A DNA stretch of 64,000 nt. Source: the human T2T-CHM13v2.0 reference genome, Homo sapiens. Under the pieces are notes generated by a model that saw nothing but the letters and a program-made list of their open reading frames with translations, ran no database searches and was not told the origin of the DNA. The DNA is taken from assembly GCF_009914755.1 (NCBI RefSeq), contig NC_060944.1, one strand, 5' to 3'. Below, piece by piece: positions 16,985-34,089 of the stretch (positions within the stretch are counted from its first letter, which is position 1; each line of letters begins with the position of its first letter). The position numbers were made by a program, and so were the translations under genes.

Positions 16985-17228
16985 TCTTTTTAGATACAGA
17001 GGGTACATGTGCAGTTTGTTGCATGGGAATATTGCATGATGGTGAGCTGTGGGGTATGGATCTCATCACCCAGGCAGTGAGCATAGTACCTGATAGGCAG
17101 TTTTTCAAACCATTTCCTCCTTCCTCCCTCCCCAGCCCCAGTAGACCCTAGCGTCTGTTGTTCGCATGTTTACATCCATCTGTGCTCAGTGTTTAGCTCC
17201 CACTTATGAGTGAGAACATACAGTATTT
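16985..17228 (-). mobile_element. Old L1 (L1PA/L1PB-like) 3'UTR fragment
   Basis: gggtacatgtgcag...gtttagctcccacttatgagtgagaacat. Confidence 0.8.
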
Positions 17229-17394
17229 AAATAGTTTTTTTCTCAGAGTTGACTCCTCCTTTTCATGTTTCACAGTCTGGTTATATAACTAGGACTGTAC
17301 TCAGAACATTTGGACAAATAAAGTAGTGGAGGTGGGCAAGGTGATCACCCTGGGGAAAAAATCACCTGGGCTACACCTCAGAAAATAATGCATC

Positions 17395-17422
17395 TTTCTG
17401 TTGTTCTGATTCCCATTACAGG
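17395..17422 (+). promoter_or_regulatory. 3' splice site (acceptor) of the terminal exon
   Basis: Pyrimidine-rich tctttctgttgttctgattcccattaCAG|G; AG at 17420-17421. Confidence 0.7.
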
Positions 17423-18448
17423 ACGAATGCCTTAGTTTCCACTTTCCAGCCTGGATCCCCTCACACTGAACCCTTCTTCGTTGCACCATCCTGCTTCTGA
17501 CATTGAACTCATTGAACTCCTCCTGACACCCTGGCTCTGAGAAGACTGCCAAAAAAAAAAAAAAAAAAAAAAATCACCCCAGCCATTTCTCTTCATCCTC
17601 ACTAACAATTTGGTAATGAAGTATTGATTTCCACTTCTCTGCTTATGGGCGGTATTAGATTTTCATTGATAAATTGCAATGGGGCTGTCTCGTCTCCACA
17701 GTACCCTTTTCACTGTCACAAGAAAACAAAGTGCCACCGAAGAAAAGTAATGACTGAGAGCATTGATGTACTTATTTTGTCAGTTTGTAACAGGAAAGTG
17801 GGGGGGAGTCTAAGTCTTCATAGTCTAATGTCCAAGTGGGTTGCACTAGATGTAGACACTTGGAGGCTTACTTTTCATGGTAATGTCCATTTCCTATTTA
17901 TAACCCCTCTGGGAACGTTTGTCTAAAGGAAATGTTTCTGTTCAGTGTAACAATTACAGTTGCACCTGGATTGCCCAGTCCTGCCCCTGCACTAGGGGAC
18001 CATTAATCACTGCAAAGTAGAAGAATTATTAAGTTAAACCAGAGTTTGAGCCAAGAAAACCCCTGAACAATGTTCATCTTCTGTGAAACTTGTTCAAATA
18101 GTTAAGCTTAACCATGTTGCTGCCAAAGACTTTTCCTATGCAGTGGTGGGGCACCTTGATCATCATCATTATCTTGATTGGCTGAAAAAAAAATAGTTTT
18201 AAGCACACACCACTGTCTATGAGAACTGCAAATTGGGAGAATAGGTGAAATGCAGAATCTGAGAGAACGCGAGAAGATGAGATCATTACAGGGTGGAAAG
18301 TTCTGCAGCAGCCTTTTCTGGTAATCCCTTTCTGCAGAACCTGATGTTTATGGGCTCTAAAACGCAGCTTAGCTTTAGAAGCAACAGAAAGCATGAAATA
18401 GGGTGTCCATTTTAAATGTGTTCCTGCAACTTTTTTCATTAAAACTTT

Positions 18449-18666
18449 GAGGGCCCAATTTTAATTTGTGGAATATTCCCGTTAATAATGAGATCTAATT
18501 AAGACATCCATTAAAAGCCCGTTAAAGTTAATTTAACGTAAAAATTCCAATAGAACTGTATTAGATTTTCTCCATTAAATTAACGTTATGGATTTTTAAC
18601 GGATGTCTTAATTATACGTTATTATTAACGGGAATACTGTATTACACAGATTAAAATCAGGTCCTA
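18449..18666. repeat. ~215 bp imperfect palindrome, probably an ancient palindromic DNA-transposon relic (MER135/Eulor/UCON class)
   Basis: tattcccgttaataat...aattaagacatcc...gttaatttaa (18474-18536) pairs with ttaaattaac...ggatgtcttaatt...attattaacgggaata (18575-18636). Palindrome seen directly; family name inferred. Confidence 0.8.
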
Positions 18667-21600
18667 AGTCAACTTGGAAGAGCTAAGAGCATGTTTTAAT
18701 ATTAAAAGTCTTGCATACCTAGTGCACAGTTTGGAGACGCAAGGATAGATCTGTTTACTCTAGTTGAACATTTTCTATACAATTGAAAGCAACCTATAAT
18801 AGATAAATCCATCATTGCATTTAAACAATGAATTTCCTTATTCTCAAAGGACAAATACGTCTGGATTATGTGGTAAATTGCTACTCAGCTATGGTGAAAT
18901 ATTTATACTATTCTAGGCACAACACTAGGAACTAGGTGATTCTGAAACAAAAGGAATATTTTCTGTTGTTGCTTTAATTACCAAGGTTATTTTTTTTTAA
19001 TCTCAACACTGACAAAATGAAACCAAATATCTCTTCCTCACCATTTCTCAAGGAGGCTGCCTGTTGGAATTGTTTTGGAAATTTTGACATGATCCCTAAA
19101 TTCAACATTGGGATTAAAAAAAAAAAAAAAACTTCTTATTTACCTCCTAGGGAAAGTGTTGCCCTTATGCCACATATAATAGCAAATTGCTTTTTTTATG
19201 GCATGCATAACCTAGATGGGAAAAAATATGGCGCTTCGGGGAAGGAGGGAAAAAGTAAATGAAGTTCCAGGAATGTCATTCTGAAGTAATGAGGCATGGA
19301 CAGAAAATATACCCCTCACATCATCGGATTGAGATGGCAGTCGAAATAGCTTCATTGAAGTGTCAGCACTCATCCATCAATCAATCACCCACAAGGAAAA
19401 ATAGCAACAGTACAACGGGGTGGCTTTTATGGGATTTACTCATGGGCATAGGGAATAGCGGCTCAAATGTAGTTCTGACATGAAAAGCAAGGTGCTGATA
19501 TTATTTTTTATGATGGGAGGATCATAAAGTGAATTGAGAACAGTGAGGTCTGTCTTTGCTTAACCTATTCAACCAGAAATGAATGGAGCTCGACTGGAAA
19601 GGAACAGTCTTCAGATGGGTTAAGATTGAAGGGTGGACTGGACTCTACTGAGCACCGTCCTTCAACAAGGAAATTCTATTAAAGGAAAATCAATGCATTA
19701 GTATTGGGGTTCTTGTAGCTGTTAAAAATTGTCTGCTCCAATCCAGGGTTATTAGGCCAAAGTTACATAATTCAGATCTCACTGCAACCATCCAAAAGTG
19801 GATTCTCGAGCCCTTGCTCCAATGGGGGGAGGAGATCAATACAATTCCCAATTCCATGGAAATTGTTTCCCTTCTAAGGAAGAAAAAATAAATCATCTGC
19901 TTCAACATATAATCGATATGGTTTTGTTAGCGTAATTTCTATGGTGGGTGGGGTGGGAGGTGAGAGAAAAAAATATTGATAAATTTGGTAAGACAGGTGA
20001 ATTGCCGCCTGGCAACCGTGCATGTCACTGCCGAGGGATGGCTGCTAAGGTTCACCTTAGAAAACAAGATCTGGGCTGGCACTGGGGCATACATCACCAC
20101 TCAGCATATTCCTAGAGGCCAGGCCTGTCTTCACTCAGCCAGCCCTCTGAGGCTTCTAGAAACTTCTTTCTGGAGGAAAAAAACTAAATAACATAAACTC
20201 AGGAGAATGTCTTTACCCACCTTCATACCACTGCTTTCTTTTTGCTGAATAAAACACAGTTCTGATAAGTAAGAACTTTAGAATTGGAAAGGAGGCTGAC
20301 ATGCAAATATAATGCAAATTACCCTCAAGTATCGCCATTCTTCCACCACCTCTTGGTACCAGTGAGAGCGAGAGATTGCCTTTTCTTCCCCATCCCTCCT
20401 TCCAGCTAAGACCACCAACCAGCTGCAAATTGAGATGTCCATTTAAAAATTTATATGTCAATATTTAAATGTTACATATTTGGCCCTATTTTGTAGTTCA
20501 GCAAATCCTCCAAATACACAGCATGTTACAAGGCACTGGTGGCACAGGGCACAACAGGAAATGATATTTATTTAGCAAATTCATTTAACAAATATTATTG
20601 GGCACCTGTTATGTGAGACACTGTCCTAGGCACTGTGGGATAACAACAGCAAACACTTCACACAACAGCCTGGCCTTCCTGTGTTTTACAACAGCTCCTA
20701 AAGATAGCTGATATCAAGACATTTGAGGGACACAGTTCATGTAGAATCAAAATATTAGTATTTCAGAATAAGGATTTTTTTTCTGAAAAGCATACAGAGA
20801 GGAAACAGCTTAAAAATAGGTCAAGACCTAAAAACAGAATATAATCACGGAATAAACTGGATAACCCAGACAGTCCCCACAGAATTTCTTTCAGGTCACA
20901 GATTTCTTAAAACTCACCCCCAAAATGTGCCTGCTTGGTTGTTTGAATCTTGCATAATTAATGTCACAGGCGCAAGCCGCTGAACTTAGTTGAGATGCAG
21001 AAAACAAACAAATGCAATGACATATCTGAGAAGCATTTATGTAACTCCGGTTAAGTGGTGAGGAGGGGTGTGTGAAGACAGTGTGCATGCATGAGTGTGT
21101 ATTCATATATATGTGTATACATATGAATTTCACTGTTATTTTCCAGGGTCTATGGACAATGTGGCAGTAAGAGTCTATGATGTTCTGAAACTTTTCACAG
21201 TAAATCCAAAGATTACAGACCTTACAAGGTGCTTGCATTCTGTTGCTTTTCCATCTGTCACTTCTCAGGTTATTTGACTGTGTTCAAACCTTCTTTTCTT
21301 TTTCATTGAGTTTCATTTTTTAAGCTTGTTAAATGCTTTTGTTTAAAAAAAAAAAAAACCCCAAATGTCATTTTTCACATTATCCTCTCTTCTCTGCAAC
21401 AAGGATAGTAAGATGTAGATGAATGCAAAAATAATAACAACAATAAGGAAATATATTAAAGCTTTAAAATATGCACATATGTAGTTCTAAAGAGCAATAA
21501 CGGTAGTATCTATTTCGAACATGCATTAGGCAAAAAAGAAATCAAAACTGAAATTTTCGTGTATTTTTCCCCTTGTAAGATGTTCAAATGCTAACTTCAT

Positions 21601-24153
21601 TTTCTCCTTTCCTCTATGTGGCACTTTCTCAAAATATCTATGAAATACTTTTAGACAAAGATTGAGCTGGAGAAAGAGATACAAATTTCCATCCCCCCAG
21701 ACAGAGAGACATATTTCCATTGTAGGAAGGCATTAAACATTTTGAAACTTGTGAATCATCTTTAGAATTTCTACTGGGGAATTTTACTTCTTCATCCAAA
21801 GTAAAAGCCACTTATCTCCTTTGGTTCCCAGTGACAGATTCAGAGGCATACGCAGATATACAATTTTCAGGCTCTAGTTAATCTTCTTCCAATAGTTACG
21901 AACAATGGGCTAACAGGCGTGGGTGTTTCTCCAAAAATTATTCATGCACAAGGCAGCCCAAAGCTTCAGGGAAAACTAGAAATGTGTTATGGATTAGAAT
22001 AGGACTGTTTTAAAATGCTAGTACCAGGTGGAACGCTATTTCTGCAACAGGACTCTGTCCATTTCCTTTGGAACAATATATTCCAAGTAAAATGGCTCTT
22101 CCAAGGAATGACACCTTTACTTGACACCCTTCGGCATACAAATGATTTTACCAATAGCCATGATTATTATTAAGGCCTTTTAAAATACAGGCTGTTTGAA
22201 AAAAGACAGATTAAATATTCACAGCCTTTGTATCATGGTTATTTGCTTAAAACAGCTTTTAGAAGTACAAGTAATAACTTTTTGATAAGAAACCCCAGGA
22301 GAAACTTTTTGGTAAGAAACCTCAAAAAATTTGAACAAAGGCATTACAAAAAAAAAAAAAAAAAACTAACCACTCCATTCAACTCTCTCAGAAAATAAAT
22401 TTCAATGTGTTCAATGAATTGTCTTGAACCTGAAACCTGCATTTAGATATCAGTCCCCTGCCAATAGCTAATATTAACAGAATTTGAACAATCATACAAT
22501 TATGTCTCAAATGTGAAGACTTTGTACAGTAATATTTTCACTTTCTAAATGACCCATATAACATTCAGGAATTATAGATGTGTATGTATATTTTTTAAGT
22601 ACAGAAAGTTCAGCCAGTCTTCAGAGAAGTAAAAGTGATGTCTATTGTGCATTGAAGTAAATATTACAAACATTCCAGTTTCGCAATACAATACTTGAGC
22701 TTTCGAACACCTCAGACACTAGAATGTGTAATGCGAGTCAAAAAAGCTGACATACAAAACAATTCCCATTTGGCTCAGGGTTCCTAAATGTCACAATATC
22801 TTGGGTAAAATATACTTTTTGATTTCCTGATGATGTCCTTCTAATCCCTTCTGACTTTGATTCCTAACAGCCAGGCACTGTTGACATGAATCATTAACTT
22901 CCAAACCCCTTTAAAATCAAGAAGCTAGGTGATCATACAGTCATTTCAATGGCCAACCAGTTCTTGCTCTACAGAGCTTTTACACCTTTTTGGGAAACCT
23001 GATATCAAACACATTTATGTTATATATTTGCTCCCTTGCATTAATTCTAGATTTTTTTTTAATTTCTTTTAGAAAGGGCAGGGGGGAAGTGGGTCAGAGC
23101 AAGGTTCAAGAATCACATTCATCCTTGCTCTAAAGTGTTTACTTGCCAGCAAAGAAAGGCAAACACATTTTTATATTCAGAAAGCAGACCGGTCATTTTC
23201 AAAGAAAAATGACTGCAACCATGCCTGTAGAATGTTTCTGTGCAAGCGCACTAATTTTCTATCACCTGCATGCTGTATATAATACATTTGCCTGTATACT
23301 AGGAAGAAAAACCAGGCTGTTTTCCCTGAGTACAATGCAGCTTGGATGGCTGGGAGCGTAAGCCTTCCGTGCATTTTTATAGTGTACATATTTGTATATA
23401 CTAACTATATCGCCATGTATGAACACAGATTTTGTTATATTTGCTTGTTTCTGTTTCCTACCAAACTGGCCCACAATGGGGATTCTTTTGTATAGAAAAA
23501 ATATGCTTGTAATTTTTTCCTGGTCATTCTCTTTCAATAGCTTATGAAAGAATTAGATCTGAGTTTACAAAGAAACTATAAGAACCAAGTTTGTCTGTCT
23601 GCATGAGTCCCGTCCAATTGCTGGATCTAGGGAGGAACCAACTTCCTAATTCAGAGTTTTCCTTTTAAAGGCATGCTTTACCCCCATGGGAAAACTGCAC
23701 ACTCATCCATGTAGAATTATTCTCTTTGTATTTTATCTAATAGTGCCTGAAAATTTTTTTAATGTCTTCTTAGAAGAAGAATTCATAATTGTCAAAATTT
23801 GAAACATTAGCTTAATTTTGTTTTTATGACCTCAAGATTCTTCTCCTTATTTATTCGGTTGCTGTTGTAATGGGGCCCCAGGCCATTCCTGACATCGGCG
23901 TGTTCTTCTTCTGCATTAAGGATGTTTTTGAAATTACAGAGATTATTGAGCCAACAGGCTGTTTTAATCAAAACCATGTTTCACTTCTTTTTGATGATTA
24001 TAAATTGTCCTTGCAATGAAAAAAAAAAAAGAACTTTTCTGCTAGGAAGATTATACCACCCTGTGGCCAAACAGATTCATCACAGATAGGCATCTATGCC
24101 CATTTCTCTGGGATCTGGAAAATTCTTCCCTTGGCTGACCCCAATTTCTTTTA

Positions 24154-24684
<531 letters not shown>

Positions 24685-25580
24685 TTAAATCAGGCAAAAA
24701 GAAACATTCACAGCGTCCCCTTGCTGAATAAAAATGACTTTGTTTGGAGGCACTTAAGATGTATGCCTGTGTGTGGTGCCGCAGCATTGAAATTATCTGT
24801 AGAAGGGGAATTTTTTTTAAAAATACAATTTTATCACTAGAAATAAATTCCGATGGTGGAAACGAAGAAAACCCTTAAATTATATCACAAAAGCCATTAT
24901 TTTTTGCATCCAAAGAGTTTTTTTTTTTAAGGAAAATCATTCTACTTTGAGAACTGTAATTAAAGCCCTAAATAACAGACACTACTTTGTTGAGCTATTG
25001 TGAAAAAAAAACAACACATTCGCCAAGGTTATATGGAGCCCCTGATTTCCATCAAAAAGGTTTCTATAAGTATATTATTTACATTTTTATACATGATAAC
25101 TCTTGCCTTTGTGTTGAAAAAAAAAAAGTCTCTTTTTTTTCCCCCACTCAGCAGTTATTGGAAATAGACTGTTCCCATCTGAAACCGTATCGTAATTTGC
25201 ATCAGGAAACCCAACTGCTGACATTGAGGACCTGGGTGTGTTCAATTATGATTTTGCTGGAGGCTGTCCCTCATTTTAATGCTGCAGCTATTGAACCACC
25301 TTCCTGAAACCTAGCTGATACGGAATAGCAGAGACATGCCTCTCAACACCATTAGCTTTGCAAATGGCTTCATTTCAGTCAACGTCGACTTCTGCTTTGG
25401 CCAATTGAAAAATGAAAATTAAAGGAGAGAAGAAAAAAAACACAGATGCACTTAAAACATGAAAAGAATTATTTATATGATAAAAATATATTTAGCTTTT
25501 CAAAGCACAAGACTGAATAGAAGTGCTCTTTTTATGCTTTCTGGAGATGTTACTGTTAAATGTCTTTCTACATCAGGCTT

Positions 25581-25635
25581 AATAAATCTGTAATGACATT
25601 TGATGGATTGATTTCTGCCTATGTGTGTTTTTTAA
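25581..25635 (+). terminator. Cleavage/polyadenylation site: AATAAA plus downstream tatgtgtgtttttt
   Basis: Canonical hexamer at 25581-25586, GU/U-rich element ~35 nt downstream, base composition changes right after. Confidence 0.75.
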
Positions 25636-26560
25636 AGATGGCAAGAGAGGAAAAAGGCAAGAGAGGGGGGATGAGGGCGGGAAAGAACAGCACCGACCCC
25701 CGGGGAGGCTAAGCGAGGACGTTATTGGTAGGCCTCTCTGTGGTTGGGACCCGCTGATCCACTTCCAGAATCTCCCCTCATCTCCATCAGATTTCCTTTT
25801 TTTTTTTTTTTTTTTTAACAAATGCCAGCACCCCTTGTTTGGTTTCTGGGCTGCCTCTGACTGCTCTTATCTCTGGTCTGCTTATGCCTGAGTAATTTAT
25901 GATGTAATCTCAACAGAGGCAGTGGGCGGCTGTGTCACAAATTCAAGGAAGCAAGGCAGAGAGCAGCCGTGATTGAGATGGCCCGACCTTCTCCACCTCA
26001 AAGCGATGGCCCTGCTTACCACTCAGTTTCCCTGTGTACTCCCCTCCACTTCCTTTAACGTCCTGGGAGAATTGGACCATGTTTCATATACAAGCTGCCC
26101 AAGCAGACGCTGATGCCCCACCAAAAATGATTTGTTGTCTGTGCACAGCTAGCTCTCGGCTCCTGTGTCTTGTGGTTGCATGAGCCCCATACTCATTAAA
26201 TTATGATGGCTACCGTATCACCTGTTAGCTCTACATCATTGCCATGGCTCCATGTCTAGGACATAAAATAGGAGCAGCCAGGCTAGAGAGAGCAAGTCAG
26301 CTGAGGAATGAGGGAGGTAGCCATGGCGAAGTATTGGGATAAGCACCTTGGACCCAGTCAAAGAGTTCTTGGTCATCATTTACTTAGTGAACACTGACTG
26401 AGCACCTACTATGTGTCAGGTCTGAGGATGACACAGATAAATGAAGGCAGTGATGGTTATGAGAACAGGATTGAGAGCCAAACTGTGTTAAGGTCCAGGT
26501 CCTGTCATGTTTTATCTGTGTGATCTAAGGCAAGATCACAGAAAGAAAAGAACACAAAGC

Positions 26561-26966
<406 letters not shown>

Positions 26967-27239
26967 TCAAAGGGGTGTGGAAAAACCACCAGGACACGAG
27001 AGTGTGTGCCTTAACTACCCCCTTCTTCCAATCTAGTCCGTCAACAACTCCTGTGGTTTCTAACTTCAAAATACATGAATCTGTTTACTTTACGTCTCTC
27101 CTAGACATCTGGGATGGCCGCCCAACTAATCTCCCATCTGTCATCTTAAGCCCTCTAAACCCAAATCCATGCTCCACATGGTAGCTGAAGTGATGCTTTA
27201 ATAAAGTAAATCAAATCATGTTATTTTGCTCTTCAAGAC

Positions 27240-27458
27240 CGAGGGTCAGCACACTTTTTGACGGCTCAGATAGTAAATATATTCATCTTTGTAGAACATC
27301 TAGTCTCTGACCCAGCAACTCAACTCTGCCATTGTTGTGCAAAAGCAGCTATGAGCAATAATAAGTAAATGAGTGTAGCTATGTTCCAATAAAACTTTAC
27401 TCCATAAAAACAAGTAGCAGGCCAAATTTGGCCCACAGACCATAGTTTGCCAACCCTG
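27240..27458. mobile_element. MER58A-like DNA transposon
   Basis: gagggtcagca...aactcaactctgccattgt...gttccaataaaactttac...gtttgccaaccctg. Confidence 0.75.
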
Positions 27459-27489
27459 GCTCAAGGTCCTTCAACACCCAGGTTTCCAT

Positions 27490-28340
<851 letters not shown>

Positions 28341-29109
28341 TGAACCTTCCTGGTTTGTCCCCTGCCTGCTTTCCTGACCTCATCTCTCCTCTAGACACGC
28401 AGCTCTAGCCATGCTGCCCTGCAACAGTTCCTAAACCACACAACACTGTTCCCTCTAGTGACAGTGTGAACCACCTAGCCAGGCTTCTTCCTATTTCCCA
28501 TGTCTCTGCCTTGGGAATCTCCTCTTCTGAAAGGTGCTCTCTTAGCCCTCATCTACAGTGCCCTGTTACTATACCCCTCAGCCCCGATCACGAGCTTTGT
28601 TGTCATTTATGTGTGATCAATTTCCTTCACAGGCCACCATGTGAAAACAGAAACCAATGTCTGTTTTTTTCATGTATTCCTATAAGAAGCATAATGCCTG
28701 ACATACAATACGTGTCCAACAAATAATTGTTAAATAAATGAACGCTGTTCTTCTGAAGGCCTGGGAGGTCTCCAGGCACAGTCTCTAAAATTCTCCCTCC
28801 CTCCCCCTGCCCGACCACTGCCAGGAGTCACCGCTTTCATCCTCCCCCTAGTGCAGGGAAGCATTTCTCAAGGATTTTATACAATCACAGAACATGCTAT
28901 TGAAATATCTGAACTTTCTGGGTAGCCAGGGGCCTCAGTGAGCTCCAACTAGGTTACAGAGCATAGTCTCAGGAAGCCGCAAGGAAAGGAGGACCCCAGG
29001 AGCATGAGACCCTGCACCCAGTGCCAGGTCCCCACTGAGAGCCAAAGAGCGTGTGTGTTTGCCCTAAAACCAGTGGACTCAAGGCAGTCCCTTAAAAAGT
29101 TCAAGCACA

Positions 29110-30075
<966 letters not shown>

Positions 30076-30467
30076 TAGTACTCACACAACTGATAAGCTT
30101 ACCAGAAACTGAAGTTAAGTATTTGTTTTATGCTATAAATTAAAGCATATTCCAGATGAACTAAAGGATTATATCCAGAAAACAAATCATAAAACAATTA
30201 GAATAAAATCTATGTTGATAGCTGATATGAGTCAGGGAAGTCATTCCAACCTTAAAAGTCTTAAGTTCCGGTCTTAAATTATTTCTTCCTTAAATGGTAA
30301 GAAAGAAATAAAAAGAAGAAATAATAAAAACTCCAGGAGTCAAAACACACACACACACACACACACACAAATACTGTAAATACAGTGAAAAGTCACTGGG
30401 GGAAAATTATTTATATTGATACATGATTAATGGTGACAGTTCTAATTAATTATATGAAGAGTGTTTT

Positions 30468-30657
30468 ATATATATGTGTATATATATATATACACACATA
30501 TATACACATATATACATATATATGTGTATATATGTATATATGTATGTGTATATATATATGTGTATATATATGTATGTGTATATATATGTGTATATATATG
30601 TATGTGTATATATATATGTGTATATATATATATGTGTATATATACATATATATATAT
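30468..30657. repeat. (TA/TG/CA) compound microsatellite
   Basis: Directly visible. Confidence 0.95.
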
Positions 30658-31334
30658 GAAAAATAAGTAAATATCCAAATAGAAAACTTTTGGCAAAATG
30701 TATAAGCCAACATTAAAAAATTGATAAATTAAAATGGTTAATAAACATTTAAGACAAGTGACAATAATAATCAAAGGGATGTAGAATAAGTAAAATAAGA
30801 AGAAATCATTTTCACTTATCAAACTGACAAAAATAAAGAAAAATGTTCCCATTGTTGGAGAGGGCTCAAAAAGAGATATACACACACATCGTTGCTGAAA
30901 GCAAAAATGGATAGCAACTTTCTGGAAAATAATTAAACAGTATTTATCAATTTCTCTAAAATGTGTATGCCCTTTGATTAATTACTATTCTGGAGAACTT
31001 TCCTTGAAAATAATTGAAGATGTGCACTGACATTTATTTAATAAGAATGTTTGATCATAACATTGGTTATAAGAGTGAAAAACTGGAATAAACCTAAGTG
31101 TTCTAAAATAGGCTGATTAAATAAATGATGGTACATCTATGCCTTAGAATAGTACACAGTCATGAATACTTGAGCACTTAAAAATAGTCACAGTATATTT
31201 ATTAAAAAACAAAATAGAAAAAAATGAAGATAGACAAAGAATATAGACCAATGTTATTGGTGTTGAACTTCTGAATAATGTTTAATTTTATGTTCTTTGG
31301 TATGTTTTTACTTTTTCTTAACTTACAAAATATT

Positions 31335-31650
<316 letters not shown>

Positions 31651-31710
31651 CAAAATATTTCATTATAAGCATATATTACCTGCATAAAAATATATATATA
31701 TTAGGAGTGT

Positions 31711-31766
31711 CGTGAGCTGAGATGGCACCACTGCACTCTAGCCTGGGCGACAGAGAGACTCCATCT

Positions 31767-31831
<65 letters not shown>

Positions 31832-31915
31832 GTGTGTTTGTATATATGTATACATATATGTAGATATATATATGTGTATATATATGTATATATACCCATA
31901 CATATATGTATGTAT
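31711..31915 (+). repeat. 5'-truncated Alu end, long A tail and (TA)n/(TG) microsatellite
   Basis: gtgagctgagatggcaccactgcactc...A run then tatata. Confidence 0.85.
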
Positions 31916-31952
31916 ATTTTAAAAAGGCAACAAAAAACACCACAATGAGTAG

Positions 31953-32277
<325 letters not shown>

Positions 32278-32339
32278 CTCTTCTACATTTTTTGTATTGT
32301 TTATTTTTTTATTTATTCATTCATTCATTCATTCATTCG

Positions 32340-32632
32340 TTTATTTATTTTTGAGACGGAGTCTAGCTCTGTTGCCCAGGCTGGAGTGCAGTGGTGTGAC
32401 CTCAGCTTACCACAACCTCTGCCTGCCAAGTTCAAGTGATTCTCCTGCCACAGCCTCCTGAGTAGCTGGGATTACAGGCACGCACCCCCATGCTCGGCTA
32501 ATTTTTGTATTTTTAGTAGAGACGGGATTTCACTATGTTGGGCAGGCTGGTCTTGAACTCCTGACCTCGTGATCTGCCCGCCTTGGCCTCCCATAGTGCT
32601 GGGATTACAGGTGGGAGCCACCGCGCCTGGCC
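32340..32632 (-). mobile_element. AluSg-like with (TTCA)n tail
   Basis: ctgacctcgtgatc. Confidence 0.9.
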
Positions 32633-33674
32633 TCTTTATATTTTTTATACTGAGCTTATGTTTATCTTGGCGTGAGGTGTTTTTTCTAATTTTTCCAGGA
32701 ACATATCAATATAGTATGACCACAACATGTGAAAGAAACTAAAAAAGTGGTAAAAATGCATTAAAATTAAGTGGCCACTATAGCAGTTTTCTGCCCCAGA
32801 GGAGTAGAGAAAAGGTCTCAGGGCACAGCTGAGCAATTGCCCCTAAATTAGCTGAAGTCCCTCTAGGACCTTGTCTTCCAGCACTTATTACAGTTGTAAT
32901 TTTATCCTGCTTGGCATGATCATCATTAATGAATGCCTACCTTCCTCACTTACACTAAAATTAACAGCTTAGCATTATAATGGTACACACCACATGCCAA
33001 TCGTTTTTCTAAGCACTCTGCCTATATTATTTCCTTTAATCCAAACAAACAACCCTCTGAGGTGAGTACAGTTTTCTCCTCCATATGACAGATGAGGAAA
33101 CTGAGGAACAGAGAGGGCAAATAAGTTGTTCAATCTCCACAGGCTAGTAAGTGGCAGAGTTGGGATTCAGCCAGGCCAACTGGCTCCATTGTTTGTGGTC
33201 TTGGCCAATTCTCTACCAGGCGTCAGCAGATTGCAACCCATGGGCCAAGCCCAGCCCCCACCATCTTTTTGTTTTTCAATAAAGTTTTATTGAAACACAG
33301 CCATGCTCATTTGATTACTTATCTATGGCTGCTTGCACTTTACAACAGCCAAGTGAAGCATTTGCTACAGAAACTTACATGGATCTCTCCTCGCTCCACA
33401 CCGCTGCATGGCACCCTCTGGGTTACAGTGATGCCATCATAATACAATTTCATTTTTTGTTCCCCAAGGCCAAAAATATCTACTATCTAGTCGTTTACCA
33501 AAAATCTTTGACGAGCCCCATTACTCTGTCACTAGATTTCAGACTCATGAAGACAGGAGCAAAATCCTGCTTGGTCTCCCACTGTTTCACCAGCTCCTGC
33601 AACAGAGTCTATCAGCCCTCACACTGCACAGTTGCTTAAAAAAAATAAAATTATGTATACATAGAAAAGAATCA

Positions 33675-33963
33675 GGCCGGGAATGGTGGCTCATGCCTGT
33701 AACCTGAGTACTTTGGGACGCCAAGGCAGGCAGATCACTTGAACCCAGGAGTTTGGGACCAGCCTGGACAACATGATGAAACTCCATCTCTACAGAAAAT
33801 TTAAAAAATTATCCAAGTGTGGTGGTATGTGCCTGCAGTCACAGCTACTCGGGAGGGTGAGGCAGGAGAATCATCTGAGTCCCAGAGTTCAAGGCTGCAG
33901 TGAGCCATGATTGTGCCACTGCACTTCAGTCTGGGCGACAGAGCAAGACCCTGTCTCAAAAAA
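33675..33963 (+). mobile_element. AluJ
   Basis: gttcaaggctgcagtgagccatgattg. Confidence 0.9.
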
Positions 33964-34089
33964 GGAAGGAAGAGAGGGAGGAAGGGAGGGAGGAAGGAAG
34001 GGAGGAAGGGAGGGAGGAAGGGAGGGAGGAAGGGAGGAAAGGAGGGAGGGAGGAAGGGAGACAGGGAGGAAGGAGGGAGGAAGGAAGGA
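33963..34089. repeat. (GGAA/GGGA)n purine tract abutting L1 copy B
   Basis: Directly visible. Confidence 0.95.

Noticed and set aside
17624-23537. 60-121 aa ORFs inside the AT-rich block
   Set aside because: Short, low-complexity, on both strands; consistent with chance ORFs in a UTR
30430-30885. Tyr/Ile/Cys/His-rich ORFs (also 31700-31965)
   Set aside because: Translations of TA/TG microsatellites
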